A stretch of 64,000 nucleotides of DNA, taken from the NCBI GenBank assembly GCA_965200155.1, contig CBDATR010000034.1, positions 174,849 to 238,848 on the forward strand, read 5' to 3'. Shown here piece after piece: positions 52,430-63,481 of this stretch. Position 1 is the first letter of the stretch. Each line of letters starts with the position of its first letter. The translations under genes and the position numbers were made by a program. This DNA is from Nitrosopumilaceae archaeon (GTDB lineage Archaea > Thermoproteota > Nitrososphaeria > Nitrososphaerales > Nitrosopumilaceae). A model generated the notes under the pieces. The model was not told the DNA's origin, searched no databases, and saw nothing but the letters and a program-made list of their open reading frames with translations.

Positions 52430-54373
52430 ATGAAGATACACCATGTGTCGTGTATGATTGTCCTACTTGTTGTAGCCATATCAGTACCACAGGCATACGC
52501 GGCAGGTGTAATCGAGGGATTCGCCATAGGCGACGTATTGGATGAGTCCTGGGGCTGGTTCATCGTAGTAGGATTGGGCGCCGTATTTGCCATTGTAATC
52601 ACAATAGAGACCAAAATTGAGGAGCGGTATCTGGGCGTAACTCAGACCTCTGAGTGGTTCAATACGGCAGGCAGGGTAATCAAGACCGGCCTGACCGCTG
52701 CGGCAATAGTATCTGCATGGACTTGGGCCGCCACACTACTGCAATCCTCAACTGTAGCATACCAGTACGGCATAAGTGGGCCCTTCTGGTATGCAGCGGG
52801 TGCCTCAATCCAGGTTCTACTATTCGGCATATTGGCCATAGAACTAAAGCGAAAGGCTCCCAACGCTCACACATTCCTGGAGATAATCCGGGCCCGATAC
52901 GGCGAGGCCGCACATCGGGTCTTTCTTGTTTTTGCACTCATGACCAACATGATAGTTACCGCCATGCTACTTCTGGGCGGTGCTGCCGTAGTTAACGGAC
53001 TTACCGGCATGGACATATCCATTGCGGCATTCCTGATACCCATAGGGGTCATGATTTACACTCTAGTGGGTGGACTCAAGGCCACCTTTGTCGCGGATTA
53101 CATGCACACTATCATAATATTCATCGTTATTCTCATATTTGTGGGAACGGTATACTTTGTCAGTCCCGTTACCGGCGGAGTAGAGGGTATGTTCGACAAG
53201 CTTACCGAGGCTGCGCGCCTCAATCCCGTAGAGGGGAATGCGGCCGGAGCCTACCTTACCATGGCGTCGCTGGGCGGACTCATATTTGGTATCATCAATA
53301 TCGTGGGAAACTTTGGAACGGTCTTTGTGGACCAGGCATACTGGCAGAGAGCCATAGCGGCCCAGCCAAAGTCCACCGTAAAGGGATTTTTACTGGGTGG
53401 CGCTTGCTGGTTTGCCATACCATTTACGTTAGCAACTACAATGGGCCTGACGGCGGTAGCCTTAGGCGTGGACTTGACGCCGCAGGAAGTCCAGCTGGGA
53501 CTTACTGTTCCGGCCGCGGCCTCAGTTCTAATGGGTGAGGTTGGCGCCGTTCTTGTACTTACCATGCTGTTCATGGCAGTTACATCAGCAGGCTCCGCGG
53601 AGCTAATCGCGGTGTCGTCGTTGATAACGTATGATGTGTACCGGACGTACAAAAATCCCAAGGCCACCGGAAAGCAGCTGCTCAAGGTGTCGCGCTATAC
53701 TATAGTAGGGTTTGGAATAGGTATGGGGGGCCTCGCGGTCGTACTATTAGCCATGGGACTGAGTCTTGGATTTGTGTACCTGGCCATGGGCGTGCTCATT
53801 GGCTCAGCCGTAATACCCATTGCGCTTACCATTACGTGGAGACGGACCAACAAGTATGCCGCCATGGCCGGGGCCATTATTGGCTTAGTCGCGGCGTTAA
53901 TAACGTGGATCGGCGTAGCATCGACGTACGGGGAGGTAAGTCTAGCCACCCTGGGCGATAACTACTCCATGCTGTTCGGGAACATTGCAGGTATACTGAC
54001 GGGCGGCGCCATTGCAGGACTGGGCAGCCTTGCCACCAAGACCAACTTTGACTGGAAGATAATGAGGGAGAGAATCAAGCTGGTGGACATATCTCAGGAG
54101 GAAGTGGACAAGCTGGACGAGGACGAGGCCATGCTGAAAAAGGCATTCCGGTTTAGCCTGAGGGGCGGCGGTCTAATGACTCTCATATTAATAGTAGCGT
54201 GGCCACTCCCACTCTTCTTTGCACAGTATGTCTTTGACATTGCGTTCTACTCGCTGTGGGTGGGCATATCTGTTGTATGGGTCAGTGTTGCCACCTTCTT
54301 CATAGTGGGGCTGCCCATAATAGAGGCCAGAACAGGTATTAAGAAGGTAATGATGAGAGAAAGACATGACTAA
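52430..54373 (+). CDS. urea active transporter (DUR3, sodium:solute symporter family)
   Basis: SAWTWAATLLQSS, NFGTVFVDQAYWQ, AVSSL.TYDVYRTY; next to urease. Confidence 0.92.
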   Translation: MKIHHVSCMIVLLVVAISVPQAYAAGVIEGFAIGDVLDESWGWFIVVGLGAVFAIVITIETKIEERYLGVTQTSEWFNTAGRVIKTGLTAAAIVSAWTWAATLLQSSTVAYQYGISGPFWYAAGASIQVLLFGILAIELKRKAPNAHTFLEIIRARYGEAAHRVFLVFALMTNMIVTAMLLLGGAAVVNGLTGMDISIAAFLIPIGVMIYTLVGGLKATFVADYMHTIIIFIVILIFVGTVYFVSPVTGGVEGMFDKLTEAARLNPVEGNAAGAYLTMASLGGLIFGIINIVGNFGTVFVDQAYWQRAIAAQPKSTVKGFLLGGACWFAIPFTLATTMGLTAVALGVDLTPQEVQLGLTVPAAASVLMGEVGAVLVLTMLFMAVTSAGSAELIAVSSLITYDVYRTYKNPKATGKQLLKVSRYTIVGFGIGMGGLAVVLLAMGLSLGFVYLAMGVLIGSAVIPIALTITWRRTNKYAAMAGAIIGLVAALITWIGVASTYGEVSLATLGDNYSMLFGNIAGILTGGAIAGLGSLATKTNFDWKIMRERIKLVDISQEEVDKLDEDEAMLKKAFRFSLRGGGLMTLILIVAWPLPLFFAQYVFDIAFYSLWVGISVVWVSVATFFIVGLPIIEARTGIKKVMMRERHD

Positions 54374-54872
54374 CTGTAGTGGTTGTGGCAAGACGCTAAG
54401 CTGGAAGAAATACAAGTTCCAGAACATGTGGCGAATCCCCGGCTACTATTGCAAGAGCTGCATGGTGGATCTTGGCCGGGAGTTTGATCATCACGGAAGA
54501 ATCACCATACCCACTAGGCCCTGCTCATTCTGCGGCGTGGAATACTATTACCTGAAATCACACAATCATGGCCGGTACTGTTCAGTATGCCTGGAGGCAG
54601 TAAAGAATGGCGTCATTCCGGAAAAGCCTACTGGCAAGAAGCAGACAAGGCCGCCGCCAAAGCAGCTTCCTTTAACCATGATGATATTTGCCGGTCTGGG
54701 TGGATTAATGATGGTAATGGGGCTGATGTTTACCATGATGTCCACCGGCGAGGATGCCAATGTCATAAACATACTCTTTGGGGCAGCGACTACCGCCATG
54801 GGCTTTGTATTATTACGGCGGACGCTAAAATCCAGAAGTCTGCTAATGGGACAGAGAAGCATAGCCAAGTAG
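54366..54872 (+). CDS. hypothetical Cys-rich membrane protein coupled to the urea transporter
   Basis: Four CxxC pairs plus two C-terminal TMs; overlaps the transporter stop. Confidence 0.75.
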   Translation: MTNCSGCGKTLSWKKYKFQNMWRIPGYYCKSCMVDLGREFDHHGRITIPTRPCSFCGVEYYYLKSHNHGRYCSVCLEAVKNGVIPEKPTGKKQTRPPPKQLPLTMMIFAGLGGLMMVMGLMFTMMSTGEDANVINILFGAATTAMGFVLLRRTLKSRSLLMGQRSIAK

Positions 54873-54959
54873 TTACGAGCCAGAGTCCACGCCTGTAGTG
54901 TTCAAGAATGGGTCTCCCCGCCAATCCCATGTTACTACCGGTCCAGTATGAGAATGAAG

Positions 54960-55440
54960 ATTTGCAATAGCCTGAATGCAAGTGTGTATGGACGCTGAAA
55001 TTCATTGTCGCGCCCACTCACTTGAATACAGTTCCATGAATGTGCCTATCCATCGCCTGTTATGCCGTCTTCCAGTGCTGTTTGCCCTTCTCATGTGGCG
55101 TACATGTGATTTCGGGGCACTTCATACAAAGACTTCTACATAACCGTCATTCTGGGTATCACCTGTTTCCTTTAGTGAAGTCTTGCAGGAGTGATGGGTG
55201 GGACTTTGCTGTCATGAAACGGTTGCTTCTAGACTTGCATGCCTCGCCTGCAAACAGCTGCGGCTTGGATGGTAAACGTTTGGATCACCCGGCATACCGG
55301 GTATATTCTGTCCCAGATAGTCCGTGTCAATGGTGTGTCCCATAAGTCTGTGGCGTATGGGAATTATGTCGTATGACCAGATAAAGGTAAGTCACAACAG
55401 AGTAACGTTTTTTGAAACTGTTCAGTCTCGTTATTTCATT
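54960..55440 (-). pseudogene. highly decayed IS5-like relic
   Basis: Minus strand ...cagcactggaagacggcataacaggcgatggata resembles the WK..GYNRRWI region of the other IS5 copies; boundaries approximate. Confidence 0.4.
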
Positions 55441-55459
55441 TGGTCTTAACAATCTCGTA

Positions 55460-55560
55460 GTATGAGTTCACCTGTGTCTAAATTTACGCACAACTGATGG
55501 AATAGGTTGTTCTAGTTAATGTGATTTGTGCACAAGATTCCGGAAGACGTGAACTCATAC
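55460..55560 (+). mobile_element. MITE-A (101 bp)
   Basis: TSD atctcgta. Confidence 0.9.
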
Positions 55561-55718
55561 ATCTCGTATCCTGTTTGTAATCCTGTATCCTAAACGATTA
55601 CCGCGACGGTTAGTACGGTTTTAGATGAGGAAGGGATGTAATCACACAATCAATGTTTGCCATACATATATGATGAAGCTGTTTCTCAGTATGAGTTCAC
55701 GTCTTCCGGAATCTTATG

Positions 55719-56677
55719 TCAATAGTACGAAAAGTAAGTCCGCTTAGGATCCGGCGTACAGTAGTTCAGATTGCACAAGCCAGATGGTAAAGCGAATAAC
55801 AGAGGAATCAAGACAAAAGAGGCGTTGCCGCAACCAAAATAGCTCAAGACCTGAAACAAGACACGTACGAAGATTGTGAACCAGATAACGGGAACGACTC
55901 GAGTAAAGATGGGTAGGCCCATGATACCAATCACCACCACCCAGATACGAATGGTAACTGAAGCATACAGCAAGGATCCCGCCGGAGTAGTACGTATTGC
56001 AAAGAGGCTTAGACAGAATTACAATATATCGCGCAGTATATCACATAATGAAAAAGAACGGTACGGCAGGATCATCACCTGCAAAGTCAGAGTGGGTACG
56101 CTATGAGCGTAAATATTCCAATGCAATGTGGCACTGGCATGTCATGAAAAGATGAGCGCTTCGAGGGACTGAATCTCATAGATGATACATCCAGGTATAG
56201 TCGGGGCGGCACTATTCTAGCATGCAACCTCAGAGAACGCCACTCTATTACTGAGACTGGCGATAAAGAGATTCGGCGCCCCTGCATCTCGGATAACGGC
56301 GCGTGTTTCGTAGGACAATAAAAGGGCAAGAAAAGCTGGAAACCCACTATTCTAGGAAGAACTACTGGATCAAGACATCATACTAATCAATTCCAGGCCA
56401 TACCACCCGCAGACAAATGGCAAACTGGAGCGCTTCCATGGAATGATTGAGGACGAGGGGACTCTTATTTAAGAGTCCAATGAGATATGGCATTATGACA
56501 GTCTCCGGGATTATGTAGACTACTACAATGAGAGAAGGTTGCACTTCTCACTGGATATAGATAACGGCAAAACACCACTCCAGGAATAAAAAGGCGACCC
56601 AGACAATTAGAGCAAATGATACAAAATGGGTGGAGCGGGATGCCAATGACTAGCGGACCGACTTTTCATACATTACA
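55719..56677 (+). mobile_element. IS481-family element, degenerate (copy 5), abutting a half MITE-A (55689-55718)
   Basis: Both ends present; flanks do not match. Confidence 0.85.
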
Positions 56678-56728
56678 GCGCTATACAATAGACACAAAAA
56701 TTAAATACGAATTAGACCAATTGAAAAT

Positions 56729-57010
56729 GTGAATCAACAATATGGCGTTCTACGCAAGATTGGCTCTGGTATATATGGCCTCATACAGCTTGATCATCAT
56801 GCCATACGATATAGAAGCAGATTATGGTTCATATTGCCCGTACTGTTTAACTTGCCCGGGGGCATTATATCTTATCTTGCCATTAGGCACGATGATCCCG
56901 ACAAGGCAAAAAATTGCCTGCTTGTAAGTATAATACTGATCATGCCCCTTGTTATCACGTTAGTGGCGATGGTTGCTGTTGGTGAGGCGCTATTTGAGGA
57001 ATTTGACTAG
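56729..57010 (+). CDS. small thaumarchaeal membrane protein (start uncertain)
   Basis: RSRLWFILP....GGII.Y..IR.DDP.KAKNCL. Confidence 0.65.
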   Translation: MNQQYGVLRKIGSGIYGLIQLDHHAIRYRSRLWFILPVLFNLPGGIISYLAIRHDDPDKAKNCLLVSIILIMPLVITLVAMVAVGEALFEEFD

Positions 57011-57361
57011 TTTTTCTATTCTTTCAATCAGACCAAATGGTAATACGTGGACAATTCAACTCGTCCGGTTTTAACCAGTTTACATCAACCTAAATCTTCT
57101 GCGCCCTGAATGTACCACAAATGTATGATGTCAACTCTTGGGCACTATTCCGCTACTTTACGGGTTACTGGTAGTCACCATCTTGTTTTATGTTCATCCC
57201 TGTTAACGATTTTAGGCCGGTAGCACATTGTCCCGGTGAAATGATATTATGACACAAAGATATGTTATTTTCATCTAAGTGGCGCTATTTCCGGACCAGC
57301 ACTGCTTTCAGCTGCCTGCTGTGAATGCCATGCGCGTGCCTTGGTTTCTTGCATCTGAGTC

Positions 57362-57462
57362 GTATGAGTTCACGTCTTCCGGAATCTTATGCACAAATCA
57401 CATTAACTAGAACAACCTGTTCCATCAGTTATGCGTAAATTTAGACACAGGTGAACTCATAC
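57362..57462 (-). mobile_element. MITE-A (101 bp)
   Basis: TSD tctgagtc. Confidence 0.9.
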
Positions 57463-58008
57463 TCTGAGTCATTCCTGATGGCTGTTTGTAAATCATCAGA
57501 GGCATTATTCATGAATGCGTCACCGGATTCCATATCATCGGTAGTCTAAATTGTATTTCATTACCGTATGATTCTGTCCCTTCTAGTGTCATGAACTGAG
57601 CCGCGCAATTGTGATTTCATTTCCAGGATTACTGGCGTTATCACTATCCACATGCATGGTGCGCCTTGCCACTCGCGTATTGGTGCCATTTGGTATTTCA
57701 ACCACGTTATCAGTGTCACTGTACTTGCTGTAATCGCTCTTGGCCATGGGGACCCAAACAGATTGATAGTGGATAACAGTCACGAATAATTCTATCACAA
57801 CCGAGTCGTATTGCCGTCATCCGCTCCCGGGGGCAAGCATGACTATAGCCGAAATGATTGCCATAGGTGATTAAGGTATCGGTGTTATATCATTCACATC
57901 AGTATCTGAAAACGGCAGTACTTAGACCTGTCTTGGAATCATCTTTGTGATTTATCATGTCACACCATCACAAAGCCTAGTGTCATTTCAAAACATCAAA
58001 AACGCGTC

Positions 58009-58398
58009 TCACACCAGTGACTCGTTATCTGTTGCCAGGGGCTTGCGTCCCATAAAGCCGCTATCCTTTTCGTGCCAGAAGCCAATCTTGGTCTCGCCGT
58101 ACTTCCAGCAGAGCCACACCTCCTCATCGAAATGCAGGGACGGAAAGTCCAGCAGTCCCTGATCCAGGTTTTTTATCATTGCCCCTGTACTCTCCAGTTT
58201 CTCAATTGCCGTATAGAACTCAATGATTGCCCTATTCAGTCTGCCCTTGGCCTCTACATACTCTGAGAGTGACTTGTCCATGGCGGTCTCGGTTACGGCC
58301 TGCAATTTCGTCACATTACTCTTTTTGGCCACTGCCATCTCGAATTTCTTGATTACATCGGGCAGTATCGCGTTAGCCTGAGCCACAGTAAAGAACAT
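58009..58398 (-). CDS. DUF2203 family protein
   Basis: FT..QAN..LP, GLLDFP, VWLCWKYGE..I.FWH...GFMGRKP. Confidence 0.85.
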   Translation of the reverse strand: MFFTVAQANAILPDVIKKFEMAVAKKSNVTKLQAVTETAMDKSLSEYVEAKGRLNRAIIEFYTAIEKLESTGAMIKNLDQGLLDFPSLHFDEEVWLCWKYGETKIGFWHEKDSGFMGRKPLATDNESLV

Positions 58399-58441
58399 GT
58401 GCGGACATGTTATGTATTGCTTAAATACTTTGTTTGGATAG

Positions 58442-59619
58442 GAGTTTGTTGCATAGTTCAATCAAGTTAGGTAGAAAAATCACACCGATGGCAAAAAGTT
58501 TGTGCTTTTCGTCACACAACTGTATGTTAATGGCCATTAGATCCAAGCAATAATATCTGAGAATATTTCAGGTGGCATTAATGGACAACACCACGTACGT
58601 CCGGCGGGAAGATATTTGTACGAGTTCACGTCTTCAGGAATCTTATACACAAATCACATTAACTGTCGCGATCAGTTATGCGTAAATTTAGACATAGGTG
58701 AACTCATACAGATATTTGGCTACAACCATGCGTAGTAATGAAGAGGACAACCATAACAAGGAGACCGCTTGCTACCTGTGAGCATGTTACATGGCACTAC
58801 AAGCAGGCATGAAATACAGGTATAGATGTCTAACAGGATTACGGGACGGATACCAAACCCGCACTACTCCACCATATACAGACGGGGAAAGGATTGACAC
58901 AGACAAGAGAAGTGGTATGATTGCCTGCATGGACAAGAAGCTAACGCGGACCATGATTGTCGACTCGACCGGTCTTGAAAAGTGCAGTCGCGGTCATGGC
59001 CAAGAAGAGGCGCGGATTCATCAGTCCCCGTGGACGGAGAGAGTGCACGCATTCACCGTTACCGGCTAGTATATTGGGGACACGCGCATGCTGAAACATT
59101 GCAGTACTGGGCTCGTATGTAGAAGAGACACAACCGGACAGGAAGACATGTTTTGGAATTGGGGAGTTCCAGACTCATTGTAACAGCTGCCGGCAGGACC
59201 CTAAGTCACCACCTGGAAATATGCTGGCGAAACGGTGTACTACCATTACCGAATAATGATGACAAGCGTGTATGCAACCTGGAATTACTTGCGGACGGTG
59301 CATACGCGTCTGGAGATAACTGTACTGTGATAACAGAATCATGTCAGTCAACCAAATTCCACCACAGAAGACAAGGGGAAAGGCGACTCAATGGGCACTT
59401 ACAGTCCGGGATCAGCTTGGAGAACGCCCGGAATCGACCATTTTTCGCCCGTTTGATGAGGAAAAGGCCAAAAGACAAGTCAGTACCGAAGGCGGCAAAA
59501 GGGTACAGCAGGCGATGGATAGTTGAGATGATCATAATAGAATAGGGTTCTCGTTCAAGCGAATGTTTGGACACCGATTGCAGGCGCGGAAATGTAATAA
59601 CATAGTTCAGATGAGGGTG
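58442..59619 (+). mobile_element. IS5-family element (diverged), truncated by an IS66-A end
   Basis: gagtttgttgcata TIR; IVDSTG, ADGAY, KGYSRRWIVE. Confidence 0.78.
58618..58709 (-). mobile_element. MITE-A (92 bp)
   Basis: TSD agatattt. Confidence 0.88.
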
Positions 59620-59945
59620 GTATGAGTTCACGTGTTTTGATCATTCACTAAGATGTATAGATTGGTATGACAATATTTTGCTTAAATACCAAATTTGCAA
59701 TAAGAATCTAATGAGCAGACGCCGGTCCTATAAGGAATTGGAACTGAAAAATAAGCTTCTTCAGGATACCCTTGCGTCTACCAAGAAAGATCTTGCACAT
59801 TACAAGGCAGAGGCCATGGGCAAGATGCTCCTTGTCCTACGTCTGGATGAGTTCACCTGTGTCTAAATTTACGCACAACTGATGGAACAGGTTGTTCTAG
59901 TTAATGTGATTTGTGCATAAGATTCCGGAAGACGTGAACTCATAC
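59620..59945 (+). mobile_element. IS66-A left-end fragment followed by MITE-A (59845-59945)
   Basis: TIR plus start of transposase (MSRRRSYKELE). Confidence 0.8.
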
Positions 59946-60424
59946 CTTAACTTTTCTGTTTCACACGAGTCTGTGTGGGAAAACCCATGATGCTAGGTCA
60001 ATTGTTCATATCTAACAACTTGGTTTAGACGTGCAGGGTGGGAGAAGTGATTCTGCGCATACGGTCTAATGGTCTCGTGGCCATAGTGACTTCCGGATGG
60101 ATTATTTTGTGTCTCTGAGCAGCATCTTGTTTTGTGTGGGTTCATGTATTTGTCGTATGAAATGATATTGGTTCATGAGAATATGTTGCGTTCCGCATGG
60201 CGCAAGACCGTTTCTGTTGTGACCGTTTAGTTACCCAGCAGAGAATCATATGCTACTCGCGCTTGCATGTGATATGGGTGGAGTAGCATACGCTTTGGTT
60301 CGTTGGCGAGGGCGCCATTTCGGTTTGTCGCAACAGATTCGGGGTCGCGCGCTCAGGCTTGCTACATCTACGAACGCATGATCCTTGCGAAACCCATTTA
60401 ATACGTCATGGGCGCAATTATTTT

Positions 60425-61015
60425 ATGTCGTACATGTACATGCCGGGAGCCACTGCTGTAGGAATAGTATGCAAGTCCGGAGTTGTCTTTGCCAGCGAGC
60501 GGCGAATTGCCTATGGGCATCTGCTTGTAAGCAAGTCTACCCGAAAGACATTTCAGCTGACTCCCCATGTAGGTGCAGCATGTGCTGGATTGGTGGCAGA
60601 CATGCAGATACTCTCGTTGCAGGTTGCCGCCTTGGCCAAGATACGTCACATGGAGACCCGCCGGGATGTTCCGCCTAACACTGTTGCGAAAATGATGTCC
60701 AACATAATGTATGAGAGGCGCTTCTTCCCGCTCCTGACACAGGTTATAGTTGGGGGAATAGTGGAGCAGCCAGTCATATACACACTGGATCCTCTGGGCT
60801 CGGTACTGCCGGACCAGTATGCCGCAGTGGGGACTGGTGCCGAGATGGCCCTGGGTGTGCTGGACCCCCAGTACAAAGAGGACATGTCTGTTGATGATGG
60901 TGTGGAATTGGCCAAAAAGGCGATTAACGCAGCATCACAAAGGGACGCGGCCAGCGGTGATGGTATTGACATACTTGTGATGGATGACAAGGGCGCCCGA
61001 GAGATTCGCGCCTAG
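60425..61015 (+). CDS. psmB: proteasome subunit beta
   Basis: PGATAVGI, AGLVADMQ, DPLGS, RDAASGDG. Confidence 0.92.
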   Translation: MSYMYMPGATAVGIVCKSGVVFASERRIAYGHLLVSKSTRKTFQLTPHVGAACAGLVADMQILSLQVAALAKIRHMETRRDVPPNTVAKMMSNIMYERRFFPLLTQVIVGGIVEQPVIYTLDPLGSVLPDQYAAVGTGAEMALGVLDPQYKEDMSVDDGVELAKKAINAASQRDAASGDGIDILVMDDKGAREIRA

Positions 61016-61482
61016 TGTATATCCTTTATCGCTTCCCAGTATTTGTCAGATATGTAGTGAAGGCTCTTGGCTACGACGCCCTTTTTGATGTCATCCATTT
61101 TGGAACTATCTATAGTAGCCCTGCCGACGGCCAGGTACTTGTTACCGGGCTCGGCCACGCATATGATTTGGCCCTCCCGAAATTGGTCATATGATGTGAC
61201 ACCGGGTCTCATTATGTCAGCACCATTACAGACGAAACGGATGGCTCCTGCATCCACGGTCATTTTGGGGAATCGGCTCAAAAGATTGACATCAGACAGG
61301 AAGGGAATGTGTGTTTCTCCCAGTACCAGGATACGCGCGTCTGCAGTATCTAGCAGGCGCGCATCAGAATCAATCTCGTATTGTATTAGATTGCGGGGTC
61401 GTGTCACATCAAAACCCCATGATTGGCATATGTGGTCGATTATCTGGCCGGTCTTGGTCTTTGATATGTGGTGGCACTTCAT
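61012..61482 (-). CDS. PUA-domain RNA-binding protein
   Basis: VDAGAIRFVCNGADIMRPG, HY.SDK.W. Confidence 0.88.
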   Translation of the reverse strand: MKCHHISKTKTGQIIDHICQSWGFDVTRPRNLIQYEIDSDARLLDTADARILVLGETHIPFLSDVNLLSRFPKMTVDAGAIRFVCNGADIMRPGVTSYDQFREGQIICVAEPGNKYLAVGRATIDSSKMDDIKKGVVAKSLHYISDKYWEAIKDIH

Positions 61483-62471
61483 TTTGTCATAACCTGTCTT
61501 ATGTCCAGCAGGTCACGCAGTATGGAGCTGGCCGTCTCCATGCCTCCGGCACCCCGTCCTATGATGGTCTGGGTACCGGAATGCTCCGATGTGAATGATA
61601 TGGCATTCAGGGTACCGTTCACGCATAGTGGGTCTTCTTTTGGTATCTCCACTGGCGCCACCTCCAGTGTATCATTGCATGTTGCCACCAGTTTTATGGC
61701 CGAGTCCCGCTCCGTGGCGCGGCGCATATCCTGGACGGTGACATCCCGGATGCCGCATCTATTGACTTGGCCTAGCGTGACTTTTCGGCCCATGACCCAG
61801 TTGGCAAGGATTACCAGTTTTGCCGCGGCATCCACGCCGTCCAGGTCCAGTGATTCATCGGCCTCGACATACCCTTTTGTCCGCGCGTCATTCAGGGCAT
61901 CCTCAAAGGTGACACCGTCTGTCATCATGCTGGAGAGGATGTAGTTGGTGGTACCATTCAGTATGCCCCGGAAGGATGTTATGCGTTCCCCCCGGAGACT
62001 GTTCTTGGCATAGTTTAGTATGGGGGTGCCCCCGCCCACGGTTCCGCTAAATCTTATCAGTACCCTGTTATACTGTGCCAACTCTACTAGGCTGGGCATG
62101 GCCAAGGCCAGCGGTCCCTTATTTACTGATATGACGTGCAGACCGTGTTTTAGGGCGGACATTATGTTGCTCATGCCCGGCTCACCATTCCCATAATTGC
62201 TGGGTGTGGTCTCTATCAGGACGTCCGCCTCGGACTCTTTTATCATGTCCGTTAGTGTATTGCCACATCCCGCTATGGTGCCACTCTTTTCCTTGGAATG
62301 GTATAATTGTGACATGTCCAGGCCTCCGGGGTCTCCGACCATGCCGCCACTATCGGATACCGCTACTATGCGGGTGGCCAGACCATACTGGGAGTATGTG
62401 TCGTCCCGGGACTCTAGTAACCGGCACAGACTCTGGCCTACGACGCCAAACCCGCATAATATGATTCTCAT
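61479..62471 (-). CDS. hom: homoserine dehydrogenase
   Basis: CGFGVVG, NKGPLA, TVGGGTP, GILNGTTNYIL, G.GAGG.ETAS. Confidence 0.93.
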   Translation of the reverse strand: MRIILCGFGVVGQSLCRLLESRDDTYSQYGLATRIVAVSDSGGMVGDPGGLDMSQLYHSKEKSGTIAGCGNTLTDMIKESEADVLIETTPSNYGNGEPGMSNIMSALKHGLHVISVNKGPLALAMPSLVELAQYNRVLIRFSGTVGGGTPILNYAKNSLRGERITSFRGILNGTTNYILSSMMTDGVTFEDALNDARTKGYVEADESLDLDGVDAAAKLVILANWVMGRKVTLGQVNRCGIRDVTVQDMRRATERDSAIKLVATCNDTLEVAPVEIPKEDPLCVNGTLNAISFTSEHSGTQTIIGRGAGGMETASSILRDLLDIRQVMTK

Positions 62472-62537
62472 TGTATAGGTGGGAGATACGGTGGTGCTTA
62501 TTAATGGTAGGGCGTCCCTTTCACTGCCTTGTTCTTT

Positions 62538-62864
62538 GTATGAGTTCACGTGTTTTGATCACATAATAAGATAGAATACATCCCAGTTTTTTTAATTATA
62601 ATTGCATTCTGGCAGCAACCTCGTTCATTACAGAAAGGCCCTGAGCCCTCCATGTCTGAACACATATGGACATACGGTGCATGGCCCTTTCACCACCCTT
62701 TATCTGGCCACTAATCTTGCGGAATACCACTGCGTATCAGAACCGGTTCCACTGCTCCGCTGGATTGTTGGTGGTATGAGTTCACGTCTTCGGAATCTTA
62801 TGCACAAATCACATTAACTGTCGCGATCAGTTATGCGTAAATTTAGACACAGGTTAACTCACAC
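62538..62864. mobile_element. IS66-A right-end fragment + MITE-A (62774-62864)
   Basis: Matches 19753-19980 and is then cut by the MITE. Confidence 0.8.
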
Positions 62865-62953
62865 AAAATCAGACATCTAGACGATAAATCCGTGGGCATA
62901 TGTGAGACATTATGACAGAAAAAGCAAGAATAAACATATTCGCGGTGTGTTTT

Positions 62954-63053
62954 GGAGATTATGCATAAATGTCAGGAAATCCACGATAGTGGTGGATTTT
63001 GTGCGTGATCGTTTTGAACTTCGTTGCTTTGCAGACCTATTTGCATAATGTCC
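62954..63053. mobile_element. MITE-D (100 bp)
   Basis: Imperfect TIR ggagattatgcataaatgtc / gacctatttgcataatgtcc; partial copy at ~22411-22469. Confidence 0.55.
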
Positions 63054-63481
63054 ATCGTCTCTGTCTACGTTTTTGAGGCGATGAATTAATTGTCTAAGTT
63101 CATGTTTTCCTCAAGTTGCTTAAATCATGTCAATTATTCTGATTCGGCGTTTGTGAACCAAGGCACAGATGAGCTACAACAACCACTTGAAAGTACAAGA
63201 TTATTCTGTACTGGAAAGCATACTCGAGACATGTATGATGGGGAATATGGATTTCTACCATTACGCAAGCGAATATCTCAAGTCCACTCCAAAAATCTGG
63301 ACAGATACGAACCAAGACATAACTGTTCAGGCATTTGAGGATAGTAATGATAGAACATAATTCAGTTTTGGTCCGCTGGCTGGTTGATCATATAACGACA
63401 TGATCCCAACAATCCCATACCGTATGAATATATGGATATATGTAAACGTGCACTAAAATAATATGATAATAACTGAGAACC

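Noticed and set aside
57480-57798. Possible cupredoxin gene remnant (VVEIPNGT..., ESGDAF)
   Set aside because: Too decayed; no Cu ligands identifiable.
377-62478. Numerous antisense or overlapping ORFs in the six-frame track (e.g. 377-730, 6391-6810, 33257-33757, 61468-61944)
   Set aside because: Shadows of well-supported genes on the opposite strand or frame.
1958-62864. MITE-A copies as a dispersed CRISPR array or as genes (MSSRLPES.../YEFTSSG... ORFs)
   Set aside because: Irregular spacing, both orientations, TIRs and 8-bp TSDs show transposition; the ORFs arise from the ATG inside the TIR.
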